Assembly: GCA_964532285.1 (NCBI GenBank)
Contig: CAZHHB010000004.1
Coordinates: forward strand, 425-64,424
DNA length: 64,000 bases
Direction: 5' to 3'
DNA from: an uncultured Candidatus Saccharibacteria bacterium
GTDB taxonomy: Bacteria; Patescibacteriota; Minisyncoccia; Phycocordibacterales; PALSA-1337
Part shown: positions 23,746 through 33,312 of the stretch, piece by piece
Layout: every line of letters starts with the position of its first letter
Numbering within the stretch: the stretch's first letter is position 1
Program-made: the position numbers and the translations under genes
Notes under the pieces: model-generated
Databases searched by the model: none
The model's input: the letters and a program-made list of their open reading frames with translations, nothing else
Told to the model about the DNA's origin: nothing

Positions 23746-24019
23746 TCACTTTCGTTGAGTTTTTACAGTTGTTGTCCTTTTTGAATACTAGTGATTTTTG
23801 GAGATATGTCAAATTGGTAGTACCCCCACCCTCACATCGTTTATCCACGAGCGAGCATAATCCACGAAGAACATATCGTCGAATTTTCCAAATGATGGCT
23901 GAAGCCTTGGAAGACATCATTTGTGAAAATTCCGATATGTGATGAGTGGAGTGCGAGTGAGTGAGAAAACAATGTGAGGGCGGGGGTAAGGCAGAATTAC
24001 TTTCTCGTCTTCCCAAAAG

Positions 24020-24478
24020 TTATTTCCCTTGACCAAATTTGAATCTCCAACCCTCATCTGAAGCCAATGCTTTTAAGTCTGGCTCTATCATGTGCGCATG
24101 AATATGCAGTACACTATTGCCGTATGAGCCCAGTTCTGGATTGCTACCAAAGCGGATGGCGATACCTCCACCTGGGATATTTCTTTTCACTGCTTCTTCC
24201 TTGAACATTTCTATAAGCTCAGCACCAGCTTCTTGGTCCATTTCTCTAATATGTTCAATATGTGTCTTGTAAATAGCCAAAAGTTGATGTTTCACTTTCT
24301 CATATGGCCATTGATTGTCCGTTAATATCCAATATTTTCCGTCTTTCAAGATGGGGTTTTTGTGATATTTTGCTAGATTTTCTGGGCAAAAAGGACAATG
24401 ATCCTGAGTTGCTATTTCGGCCATAACTTTTCTCTGATCTTCTCTCCTGATATGTTCGGGCTGGATAAATTTACTCAT
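24020..24478 (-). CDS. HIT-superfamily (GalT/Ap4A-phosphorylase-like) protein
   Basis: 'HCPFCPEN' Cys pair plus the canonical histidine triad 'VLHIHAHMIEP'. Confidence 0.5.
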   Translation of the reverse strand: MSKFIQPEHIRREDQRKVMAEIATQDHCPFCPENLAKYHKNPILKDGKYWILTDNQWPYEKVKHQLLAIYKTHIEHIREMDQEAGAELIEMFKEEAVKRNIPGGGIAIRFGSNPELGSYGNSVLHIHAHMIEPDLKALASDEGWRFKFGQGK

Positions 24479-24488
24479 TGAAGTTTAA

Positions 24489-25403
24489 TTATATAGCAAC
24501 CGGTATGCCTTTGATCCCTGGGTGCGGGTTGTAATCGGAAAGCGTGAAGTCGTCTTTTCTAAAATCAAACAAATCTTTCTTTTCTGGATTCAATGTCATC
24601 GTGGGGAAGGCGCGTGGCTCACGGCGGAGCATCTCTTCTACGGCGGGGACTTGGTCTACATATATATGTGAATCAGAAATCGTGTGAATGTATTCATACG
24701 GCTCTATGCTCAAGGCTTGAGCTATAGCCATAGTCAGTGCCGCGTATTGGATCATATTTGCCGGTACGCCTATAGGAACATCACCAGATCTTTGGAACAT
24801 ATGTAATGTGAGTTTATTATTCAAAATACGCAGATGGATCCAGCCGTGACATGGGGCGACGACAACCTTCTGTTGTTTGCCAGTACCGCGAATGGTGTAC
24901 TGCGGAACCCATGGAGTTATGAAATGTGTGCGCAGATGAGGAAACTCTTTCATTTGTTCCATTATGTTTTTGAATTGATCATAGGGCTCTCCTTCGGAAG
25001 TGGGGAAGTCGTGGAAAGCCGCGCCGTATGAACCAGGGCCGAGGTCACCAGTTTCAAGTCCGCGCTTTTTGCATTTGGCTTCGGTACCCCAGGGTGTCCA
25101 CCACAAACAGTTAAATTCTTCTAGTTGTTTCAATGTCCTAGCGCCATTTATAAATCCGAGGATCTCTGCGATGGCTTGTTGCCAGATAGTTACCTTGAGC
25201 ATTTCTGATACTTTTGGATTCATATTTCTCTCAGTGATCATGGGGAATCCATTTTCAAATTTGAAATGCATAGAGCCTGGTCCCATGAGGGTGATGGCAT
25301 CTACTTCTTGCTGGGTATTTGTTCTAGTACCTTGTTCCAAGATCCTTTTTAATAGATCACGATATTGTGTGTCGGGTGTTCTTTCTGAATAAGGTTTGAT
25401 CAT
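24489..25403 (-). CDS. thyA: Thymidylate synthase (ThyA family), divergent folate-binding region
   Basis: Catalytic 'VVAPCHGWIHL', 'QRSGDVPIGVPANMIQYAAL' (Asn retained, which indicates dUMP specificity) and a C-terminus 'YNPHPGIKGIPVAI' that matches ThyA. Confidence 0.75.
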   Translation of the reverse strand: MIKPYSERTPDTQYRDLLKRILEQGTRTNTQQEVDAITLMGPGSMHFKFENGFPMITERNMNPKVSEMLKVTIWQQAIAEILGFINGARTLKQLEEFNCLWWTPWGTEAKCKKRGLETGDLGPGSYGAAFHDFPTSEGEPYDQFKNIMEQMKEFPHLRTHFITPWVPQYTIRGTGKQQKVVVAPCHGWIHLRILNNKLTLHMFQRSGDVPIGVPANMIQYAALTMAIAQALSIEPYEYIHTISDSHIYVDQVPAVEEMLRREPRAFPTMTLNPEKKDLFDFRKDDFTLSDYNPHPGIKGIPVAI

Positions 25404-25837
25404 GTGATTTTGTATTATCTTGGCTTTTATATACGGCGATTATATCACGACACTGTTCAATGTGAACTTTTTTATAATCCACATGCTCTATTGACAGGGT
25501 ATCCATACAGGAGTAGTCTTTCGGACAGAGGATCACTTAGATCCAATTGCATTGGCTTCGTTTGGGGATACCAGGAATACTGGGAATACCGAATGTCGCT
25601 TAGCAAAACAAGAGAGCCGGCGTCGTAAGACACAAGCCCTAGGGCTGAAAACTACAAATAATCACTCGTCACCACATTGGAGATATGACATTAAAAGTGA
25701 CTTGTTATGAACCTGGTTTGCCGGTTTGATTTCCTTCCTAGTTATCGTCCCTGTAGGTTAGTGGCTTGGGTTTCAAAATCCCAACGCGGCTACGAAGCAG
25801 TGCGAGAAGCGGGTTGGTAAAGTGAGTAAGTGAGTCA

Positions 25838-25876
25838 GGGCCGTCGCAGCGTTTTCGCGCGACGGCCCTCTTTTTA
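25838..25876 (+). terminator. Strong rho-independent terminator in a 530-bp non-coding region, with no upstream plus-strand gene
   Basis: GGGCCGTCGCGC...GCGCGACGGCCC stem followed by TCTTTTT. Confidence 0.55.
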
Positions 25877-25917
25877 TACCCGAGATCCGATCTTGGTATA
25901 CCGAGATCCGATCTTGT
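25877..25917. repeat. Twin-palindrome intergenic repeat, copy 1 (CCGAGATCCGATCTTGG-TATA-CCGAGATCCGATCTTG)
   Basis: A member of a 6-copy family of two tandem 17-bp palindromes (CCRAGATCSGATCTYGG) joined by TATA. Confidence 0.85.
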
Positions 25918-25931
25918 GATACGATGGCGGT

Positions 25932-27158
25932 ATGAAAGATATTCAAATAAAAAAACTAATAGATACTGAAAAGAAAAGACAGAAGAAGGTTGTCAATCTT
26001 ATAGCTTCGGAAAACTATGTTTCAAATGATGTACTTGAAGCTCTAGGCTCAGAGTTGACCAATAAATACGCTGAAGGCTATTCCAAAGCTCGTTATTATG
26101 GTGGCAATGAAGTGGTAGACAAGATAGAGGATCTCTGTAAAGAAAGAGCTTTAAAGTTATTCGGACTTTCTCCTGAACAATGGAATGTTAATGTCCAGCC
26201 ACTATCAGGATCGCCCGCTAATTTGGCTGTTTATCTGGCATTGCTCGGCGGACCAAATACTTCATTGGAAAATGGTAAACAACTTCCCAAAATCATGGGT
26301 ATGGCCCTGGATCATGGCGGACACCTTACTCATGGACACAAGGTTTCTGCTACAGGCAAATTTTGGACGCAAGTTCCATATGGTCTGGATCAGACTACAG
26401 AAGTTATAAACTTTGACCAACTGAGAGAACTTGCAATGAAGGAAAGACCGGCCATCATCGTATCTGGTTATACAGCATATCCACGCATCATAGATTGGCA
26501 AAAGATGAGGGAAGTTGTATCTGCAGCCGAATCCATAATGATGGTTGATATGTCTCATATTGCCGGTCTCGTAGCTGGTGGAGTGTATCCATCGCCTTTT
26601 GAATATGCCGATATTGTGACCACTACTACGCACAAGACTCTTCGTGGCCCTCGTTCAGCCATGATTTTCTCAAAAAAGGATAGTAGGGAATTTGGTAAGA
26701 AGATAGACAGAGCAGTTTTTCCCGGACTTCAGGGCGGTCCTCATATCAATCAGATTGCGGCAGTGGCAGTGGCTTTGAAAGAGGCTTCTGCTCCAGCTTT
26801 CAAGAAATACGCTACGCAAGTTGCAAAAAACGCCAAAGTTTTAGCGGAAGAATTACACAAACGTGGCTGGCGTATTATTTCCGGCGGTACTGATACACAT
26901 CTCATACTTATAGATACATGGAATGATGGCAAGAAAAATGAACAAGGTGCGGGATGTGTAACGGGCAAGGAAGCTAGTGATAGGTTGGAAAAAGAGGGTA
27001 TTATCGTAAATAAAAACGCCATTCCATTTGATCAGCGCCCGCCGGCAGATCCATCGGGTATTAGACTGGGTACAGCCGCGGAGACTACGAGGGGCAGAAA
27101 GGAAAAAGATATGAAGAAGATTGCGGAGAGGATTGATGGGATTTTGCGGGGGATCTAA
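25932..27158 (+). CDS. glyA: Serine hydroxymethyltransferase
   Basis: 'VVNLIASENYVS', 'YAEGYSKARYYGG' and the PLP-Lys region 'TTTTHKTLRGPR'. Confidence 0.9.
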   Translation: MKDIQIKKLIDTEKKRQKKVVNLIASENYVSNDVLEALGSELTNKYAEGYSKARYYGGNEVVDKIEDLCKERALKLFGLSPEQWNVNVQPLSGSPANLAVYLALLGGPNTSLENGKQLPKIMGMALDHGGHLTHGHKVSATGKFWTQVPYGLDQTTEVINFDQLRELAMKERPAIIVSGYTAYPRIIDWQKMREVVSAAESIMMVDMSHIAGLVAGGVYPSPFEYADIVTTTTHKTLRGPRSAMIFSKKDSREFGKKIDRAVFPGLQGGPHINQIAAVAVALKEASAPAFKKYATQVAKNAKVLAEELHKRGWRIISGGTDTHLILIDTWNDGKKNEQGAGCVTGKEASDRLEKEGIIVNKNAIPFDQRPPADPSGIRLGTAAETTRGRKEKDMKKIAERIDGILRGI

Positions 27159-27261
27159 GTGTTTATTATCCCCACTTTTTCTCCCTTGTCTCCACCCCCC
27201 CGTGATAATATAGACATATACAAGGAGCGGCCTATTTGCCGTTCATATCTTCTATATATTG

Positions 27262-30200
27262 ATGAAAAAATCCTATACACTCATAACCCTACTCCTCCTC
27301 ACGACAATCATCTTACCCTCATATACTCTGGCTCAAACCAATAAATCCAATAGTAAATCCCTCCTCGCCAGCATCTACTGCTCCACTATCGGTGCTTGGT
27401 TCAATTCACCTAGCTGTATAGAGGAAACTCCATCTGTAATACCAGAAGACAAAGAGTCCAATACAACAACAATCAACCAAACCACCGCACAATCATCAAC
27501 CACAGCTTCATCAACACCCAGAAACACAACAAACTCAGTAAATACCTATCTACAATCTATACCCAACATCAGTGATATCGTAAACTCCGCAGTCCAAAAA
27601 GCTCTTTCAACATATACAACAGCAAATACCAATTCATTCAACCCTAACGATTTCGTCACTAGAGACTTCCTCTCAAGACAAGTCAGTGCTACCAGTGAAT
27701 CCGCCGGTCGTTCCGTGAGTGCCGTGTCATCTAGTATTACGAGCGGTGGGACACTGACGAATTCTGTTTTGACAAATCCAACAGCTGATTCGATATCAGT
27801 TGCCGGTAGTTCCGGACTCAAAGTTACAACTGATGGAAATGTCGGTATAGGGACGAATGCTCCAACAGTAAAATTGGATATAGCTGGTTCTGTAAATTCA
27901 CTATTGAGTAGCGGAAATATTCCAGTAGAGATCGGTTCTGTAAATGATGCAGAGAGATATGAAGCACATAGTGTGTTCGTCTCTGGACGATATTTATACA
28001 CATCAAACTATTGGCCAAATACGGCGCAAGTTATTGATATTAGTAATCCAGAATCACCCGTGATTGTTGGAAAAAAGACTGGGGTATCTTACACATCTGG
28101 TCTGTATGTTTCTGGAAAATATGCGTTTATGACAGATATGAATGGGCAAGGATTGCGTATTATTGATGTTTCAGATCCATCAAGTCCAACAATAATTTCC
28201 AGTATTTCTGGGATGGGAGTCCGTACATTGAGTCCTTTCGTTTCAGGAAGATATGTATATTTGGTGAGTGTCCTTTCGAATACACTAAATATTATAGATG
28301 TCGTTAATCCATATTCGCCGGTATTAGTATCGTCATATACGGTTGGTGGAAATCCAAATTCAGTATATGTCTCTGGGAAGTATGCATATATATTAAATAC
28401 AAATAGTGGTATAGGTAGTGTGTCTATACTTGATGTTTCTAATCCATCTATTCCAATTCCAATGAGTACCACTACAGTTGGTACGAGTTTGTATACCACA
28501 GGTACACAAGGAGGCAATTATATACTCGTTTCAGGTCGCTATATGTATGTGGCAAATTCTGGAGATAATACTGTCTCTGTTGTTGATATTTCAAATCCAA
28601 CAAGTCCGAGCATTGTCGCTACACATACTGTAGGTACTGAACCTAGAGGTATGTATTTGTCAGGTAGATATCTCTATGTGGGTAATTATGCAGGTCAAAC
28701 GATAACAACGGTGGATGTTTCTGTTCCGGAATCTCCTGTAACGATTGGCACAACACCTGTCACAGGTAAACCGTTGAGTATATACGGTTCAGGCAGATAC
28801 CTCTATGTTGGAAAGTATTACTTAAGTCCTGTCCAGGAAAGTCCTGAAAGCAACGGTGTCAGTATTCTCAAAATACCAAGCGTAGAATTTGCATCCGAAG
28901 AAGTTCATTCTCTTGAGGCTGGATCTTTGCAAGTAAAAGACAGTGCGCTTGTCCAAGGACAATTGCAAGTTACTGGTGGTATTAATTCTACAGGTTTACT
29001 TATACAGGGTGACGCTGGAATCGCTGGAAAACTTACGTCTGCTAAGGGTCTCGGTATCGGTACATCAACCCCCTACGCGATGCTATCAGTCTCAAACCTC
29101 TCTACAGCAACGACCACTCTCGCTCTCCGTCCAATAGCATCTCAAACCGCTAATATCCTAGATATATTCAATACCACTGGATCACTCGGTACAGTACTCA
29201 CCGCTAGTCACAATCTCGGACTAGGTACATCATCTCCCTACGCCAAACTCTCTGTAGTCGGAGAAGTGGTCGCTCGTAATTTCACAGCCACCTCCACTAC
29301 AGCAACAACCACAATCGGTCTCGGGGGATTGGCAGTCGGTACCACTACTCCATACGGTAATGGTCTATTGACTGTAGGGACATCCTCACCATTACTATAT
29401 GTAGACAGAAACAATGGAAATATTGGCATAGGTACAGCTAGTCCAACATCTCCTCTGCAGATATTGAGTACCCGTAGCAATCAACTTCGACTGGGTTATG
29501 ATGGTTCAAATTACACTACGCTTGGTGTGGATAGTGCAGGAAGCTTGTCTCTGACTACTGCTGGAAGTACTGGAAATCTCAATCTAACTACCGCCGGAGC
29601 TGGAAACTTCTCATTGAACAATGGTGCATTGTATTTCAGTTCAACCAATAAGACTCTGTCACTCAACAACTCTGCTTCCACAAATCAATTTGAGGTGGAT
29701 GTCCCTACTGGAACGCAATTGAACACAATACCAACAATGTTGAGCAATACAACACCAAGTGGTGTGGCTAGTGCAAGTGCAGATGCTGGTCCAAGTTATC
29801 AAGCATGGAATGCAATGGATGGAAATTTTTCCGGATATTGGCAAGCTACTGGTGTACCGAATTGGCTCGCCTATGAATTCGCTACATCAAAAACGATTGT
29901 TAAGTATACTATTTATCCTAGACCTACAGACAATTACAAACCGACTGCCTGGACATTTGAAGGTTGGGATGGAAGTCAGTGGGTTGTTCTAGATACAAGA
30001 AGTGGAATTACATGGAACATTCCTAATCCCAATACTTATACCTTCTCCAATACCACTGCATATATCAAATATCGCATAAATATTTCAGCGACCACTGATG
30101 GATATGTAAACATTACCGAACTCCAAATGTTCGAAGCCTCTTCCTACACCCCCGCCTTCGCAGTAACCACAGCTGGTCTCGCAGGTATCGGTACATCCAG

Positions 30201-31278
30201 TCCTCTCACATCACTATCATTACAGAGTCTAAGTACTACAACAGATCTATTGAACATCGCATCATCTACAGGTGCATCAGCTTTGTATATAAACAGAGCT
30301 AGCAATGTCGGTATCGGTAGTACATCCCCCTACGCCAAGCTATCAGTTGTCGGTAATGTTGCCATAAACGGCCTCACAGCCAATTCCGGCTCCAACTACG
30401 CTGTCTGTATCAACAATACAACCAAGGAACTCACAGCAGATGTCGGAGGTGCCTGTAACCCTTCATCAGAGAGATTCAAGAACAACATACAACCTCTAGC
30501 AGTATCTGCTACCGATATCATATCCTCCCTAAAACCCTCTACATTCTCATACAACAATACAAACTCATCAAACGCCACCACCTCTACCAAATACGGTCTC
30601 ATCGCAGAACAAGTCTCTCTTATAGACCCACATCTCGCTACCTATGAAGAAGACGGAACTACTCCTCATGGACTAGATCAGAGTGCCATACTGTCGGTAC
30701 TCGTGAAGGCGGTGCAGGAGATCGCGGTGAAAGTGGGTGCGATAACAAATTCGGCTGGCGAAATAGTTTTCAATGTTGTCAGAAGTACGCTCGGTGTATT
30801 TTCAAAAGTCGAAACTGATACTCTATGTGTAGGGAAAACTTGTGTGACTGAGACAGAGTTACAGGCACTACTTTTGAGGAACGGTGTAAACCCTATTATA
30901 TATACAAATCCTGAACAATTATCAACGACAACTGTGACAGAAACAACATCAGTAGCGTCACCATCGTCCACAGCATCAACAAATACACCCAGTGGAACGA
31001 GCATGGTATCACCAAGTCCAACTCCTGAAATTACTCCAGAGAATACGCCAGAATCCATTGTCGAATCTACATCAAGTCCTACACCAGAACCATCACCAGA
31101 GTCGACTACCTCTCCCGAAATAATCTTGGAAAATACATCAGAGTCAACTCCTGATCCTGTCACCGGACAAACATCGGAACCATCACCAGAGCCGACCGCT
31201 TCTCCCGCAGGAGAAACAGATGTTACTCCAGAACCATCTCCAGCACCAGTATTACCAGAGCCATCTCCTGTAGAATAA
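27262..31278 (+). CDS. Giant secreted surface protein: signal peptide, LVIVD-repeat beta-propeller region, repetitive 'GIGTxSPYAKLSV' region, F5/8 type C (discoidin) domain, phage tail-fibre-like peptidase S74 (intramolecular chaperone) domain, Pro/Thr/Glu-rich tail
   Basis: Signal peptide 'MMKKSYTLITLLLLTTIILPSYTLAQT'. LVIVD-like units 'YVSGKYAFMTDMNGQGLRIIDVSDPSSP'. Discoidin-like 'GYWQATGVPNWLAYEF...WTFEGWDGSQW'. S74-like 'CNPSSERFKNNIQPL...YGLIAEQV'. The frame opens at TTG 27259; the first ATG is at 27262. Confidence 0.7.
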   Translation: MKKSYTLITLLLLTTIILPSYTLAQTNKSNSKSLLASIYCSTIGAWFNSPSCIEETPSVIPEDKESNTTTINQTTAQSSTTASSTPRNTTNSVNTYLQSIPNISDIVNSAVQKALSTYTTANTNSFNPNDFVTRDFLSRQVSATSESAGRSVSAVSSSITSGGTLTNSVLTNPTADSISVAGSSGLKVTTDGNVGIGTNAPTVKLDIAGSVNSLLSSGNIPVEIGSVNDAERYEAHSVFVSGRYLYTSNYWPNTAQVIDISNPESPVIVGKKTGVSYTSGLYVSGKYAFMTDMNGQGLRIIDVSDPSSPTIISSISGMGVRTLSPFVSGRYVYLVSVLSNTLNIIDVVNPYSPVLVSSYTVGGNPNSVYVSGKYAYILNTNSGIGSVSILDVSNPSIPIPMSTTTVGTSLYTTGTQGGNYILVSGRYMYVANSGDNTVSVVDISNPTSPSIVATHTVGTEPRGMYLSGRYLYVGNYAGQTITTVDVSVPESPVTIGTTPVTGKPLSIYGSGRYLYVGKYYLSPVQESPESNGVSILKIPSVEFASEEVHSLEAGSLQVKDSALVQGQLQVTGGINSTGLLIQGDAGIAGKLTSAKGLGIGTSTPYAMLSVSNLSTATTTLALRPIASQTANILDIFNTTGSLGTVLTASHNLGLGTSSPYAKLSVVGEVVARNFTATSTTATTTIGLGGLAVGTTTPYGNGLLTVGTSSPLLYVDRNNGNIGIGTASPTSPLQILSTRSNQLRLGYDGSNYTTLGVDSAGSLSLTTAGSTGNLNLTTAGAGNFSLNNGALYFSSTNKTLSLNNSASTNQFEVDVPTGTQLNTIPTMLSNTTPSGVASASADAGPSYQAWNAMDGNFSGYWQATGVPNWLAYEFATSKTIVKYTIYPRPTDNYKPTAWTFEGWDGSQWVVLDTRSGITWNIPNPNTYTFSNTTAYIKYRINISATTDGYVNITELQMFEASSYTPAFAVTTAGLAGIGTSSPLTSLSLQSLSTTTDLLNIASSTGASALYINRASNVGIGSTSPYAKLSVVGNVAINGLTANSGSNYAVCINNTTKELTADVGGACNPSSERFKNNIQPLAVSATDIISSLKPSTFSYNNTNSSNATTSTKYGLIAEQVSLIDPHLATYEEDGTTPHGLDQSAILSVLVKAVQEIAVKVGAITNSAGEIVFNVVRSTLGVFSKVETDTLCVGKTCVTETELQALLLRNGVNPIIYTNPEQLSTTTVTETTSVASPSSTASTNTPSGTSMVSPSPTPEITPENTPESIVESTSSPTPEPSPESTTSPEIILENTSESTPDPVTGQTSEPSPEPTASPAGETDVTPEPSPAPVLPEPSPVE

Positions 31279-31295
31279 AATTGCAATAAAAAAAA

Positions 31296-31325
31296 GCGTA
31301 AGTCTCTGGTGAACTTACGCTCTTT
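31296..31325 (+). terminator. Terminator after the giant surface-protein gene
   Basis: GCGTAAGT...ACTTACGC hairpin followed by TCTTT. Confidence 0.45.
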
Positions 31326-31577
31326 GCGACGACCGATCTAGCACTCGGCTAGTAGGGAGTGGGATCTTTTGTAATGTCGGTATGGAGGAACCGTGTGACA
31401 AAGATCACTTTGCCTTTCAGGTATTGGGTCTTGGAATGAAAAGATTGGTTTCGATGCTCCAGACAATCTTCTCAAATTCTCAATGTCGCTCCAGGCCCAT
31501 GTACCTGAATATAATCTAGCCCATAATCCTGTATTAGTCAAGTGAGATTAAATTCGTATTTTTGCTACAATATCTAT

Positions 31578-33293
31578 ATGAAACAAGAGATTTTGGATGT
31601 TTTGAAGGATGTTACAAAGGGTTTGGGAATTGAAGGTAATTCAATCAAACTGGACTATCCTGAAAATTTCAATCATGGGGATTTCACTACCAACATAGCC
31701 CTTTTGAGTGCGCGTGATTTGGAGATGTCGCCAAAAGTCCTGGCAGAAAAGATTGTTGCTGAATTCAATAAAAAACAACCGAAATTCATTCGTGAGGTGA
31801 ATATCGCCGGCGTAGGGTTTATTAATTTTTTTATCAAGGATGAATTTTTTGCGCAGGAGATCGCTCTGATCTCGGATACTGATTTTGGTAAGTCCGTGAT
31901 TGAAAAAGGCAAGAAAGTGATGATTGAGTATACTGATCCGAACACTTTCAAGGCTTTTCATATAGGTCACCTCATGTCCAACGCTATCGGCGAATCCATT
32001 TCACGCTTGATTGAATATTCAGGTGCGTCTGTCACCCGTATTTGTTATCCATCTGATATAGGTTTGCATATAGCCAAAGCCATATGGGCTATACAGAAAC
32101 ATCAGGATGAAGTTCCTGCTGATGGGGCATCTATTATTGAAAAAACTACATTTCTCGGAAAAATGTATGTAGAAGGTACGGTTGCGTACGAGGCAGATCC
32201 AGCGAATAAAGATGACATAGATGCTTTGAACAAAGTCATATATGAGAAATCCAGTCCTGCGGTGAACAATCTATATGAAAAGGGCAGACAGTGGAGTCTG
32301 GAACATTTCGAATTGTTGTACAAAATCTTGGGAACAAAATTTGACGATACTATATTTGAAAGTGACATGGCTCCGGTGGGATTGGATATGGTTAAGACTC
32401 ACTTGAAAAATGGAATATTTGAAGAGAGTGAGGGGGCTATCGTATTCAAAGGAGAGAAATACGGTTTGCATACGAGAGTGTTTATTAATTCCAAAGGGCT
32501 ACCTACTTATGAAGCCAAGGATATAGGTCTGAATATAACAAAATTCAATAAACACCCTGATTCAGAACAGTCAATCATCATTACTGCCAGTGAGCAAAAT
32601 GATTATTTCAAAGTCATCACGAAAATATTGAGTCTGATAGATGAAAAGAATGGTGCCAAAACCAAGCATATCGGACATGGTATGATGCGTTTTGCTTCTG
32701 GCAAGATGTCTTCTCGAACAGGAAAAGTTATCACGGCAGAGGATTTGCTCGCTGATATCAGAGAATTGGTCGCAGGGAAAATAGTTGGGAGAGGTTTTTC
32801 GGCAGAGGAAACCGAGGAGATATCCAGTGTCATTGCTGTCGGCGCAATTAAATATTCAATACTGCGGTCATCTATCGGCGGTGATATCATCTTTGATTCA
32901 GCAGCCTCAATATCTTTTGAAGGTGATTCCGGCCCATATCTGCAATATTCGGTAGTTCGTGCGAATACTGTATTAAATAAAGCCAAACAAGAAGGTATAA
33001 AAGATTTTAGTAATAAAGATTCCAAGGTTCCGGAAAAGGTGAGTTCGGTAGAGCGACTAATATCCCGTTTTCCTGATATAGTAGAAAGAGCCAAAGATGA
33101 ATATGTACCACAGTTGGTTGCAAATTATTTGATCAATTTGGCCGGGACATTCAATAGTTTCTATGCTTCACAGACCATTGTAAATAAAGGAGATCCTCTG
33201 TCACCGTATTATGTTATGTTGACGAAGACCTTCAGAGATACGATGACGAAAGGGTTGTGGTTATTGGGGATAAAAGTGCCGAGTAAGATGTGA
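31578..33293 (+). CDS. argS: Arginyl-tRNA synthetase
   Basis: Class I HIGH motif 'FKAFHIGHLMSN', an ArgRS-type anticodon-binding C-terminus, and 'GKMSSRTGK'. ATG at 31578 (the ORF opens at 31542). Confidence 0.85.
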   Translation: MKQEILDVLKDVTKGLGIEGNSIKLDYPENFNHGDFTTNIALLSARDLEMSPKVLAEKIVAEFNKKQPKFIREVNIAGVGFINFFIKDEFFAQEIALISDTDFGKSVIEKGKKVMIEYTDPNTFKAFHIGHLMSNAIGESISRLIEYSGASVTRICYPSDIGLHIAKAIWAIQKHQDEVPADGASIIEKTTFLGKMYVEGTVAYEADPANKDDIDALNKVIYEKSSPAVNNLYEKGRQWSLEHFELLYKILGTKFDDTIFESDMAPVGLDMVKTHLKNGIFEESEGAIVFKGEKYGLHTRVFINSKGLPTYEAKDIGLNITKFNKHPDSEQSIIITASEQNDYFKVITKILSLIDEKNGAKTKHIGHGMMRFASGKMSSRTGKVITAEDLLADIRELVAGKIVGRGFSAEETEEISSVIAVGAIKYSILRSSIGGDIIFDSAASISFEGDSGPYLQYSVVRANTVLNKAKQEGIKDFSNKDSKVPEKVSSVERLISRFPDIVERAKDEYVPQLVANYLINLAGTFNSFYASQTIVNKGDPLSPYYVMLTKTFRDTMTKGLWLLGIKVPSKM

Positions 33294-33312
33294 TTTTGTC
33301 CAAGGTCGGACC

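Noticed and set aside
25404-25628. 74-aa ORF in the long spacer upstream of glyA
   Set aside because: No RBS, odd composition, and it is embedded in a region that looks structured and non-coding.
27546-28517. Several 60-150-aa minus-strand ORFs inside the giant surface-protein gene
   Set aside because: They are antisense to a continuous 1339-aa ORF with coherent domain architecture.
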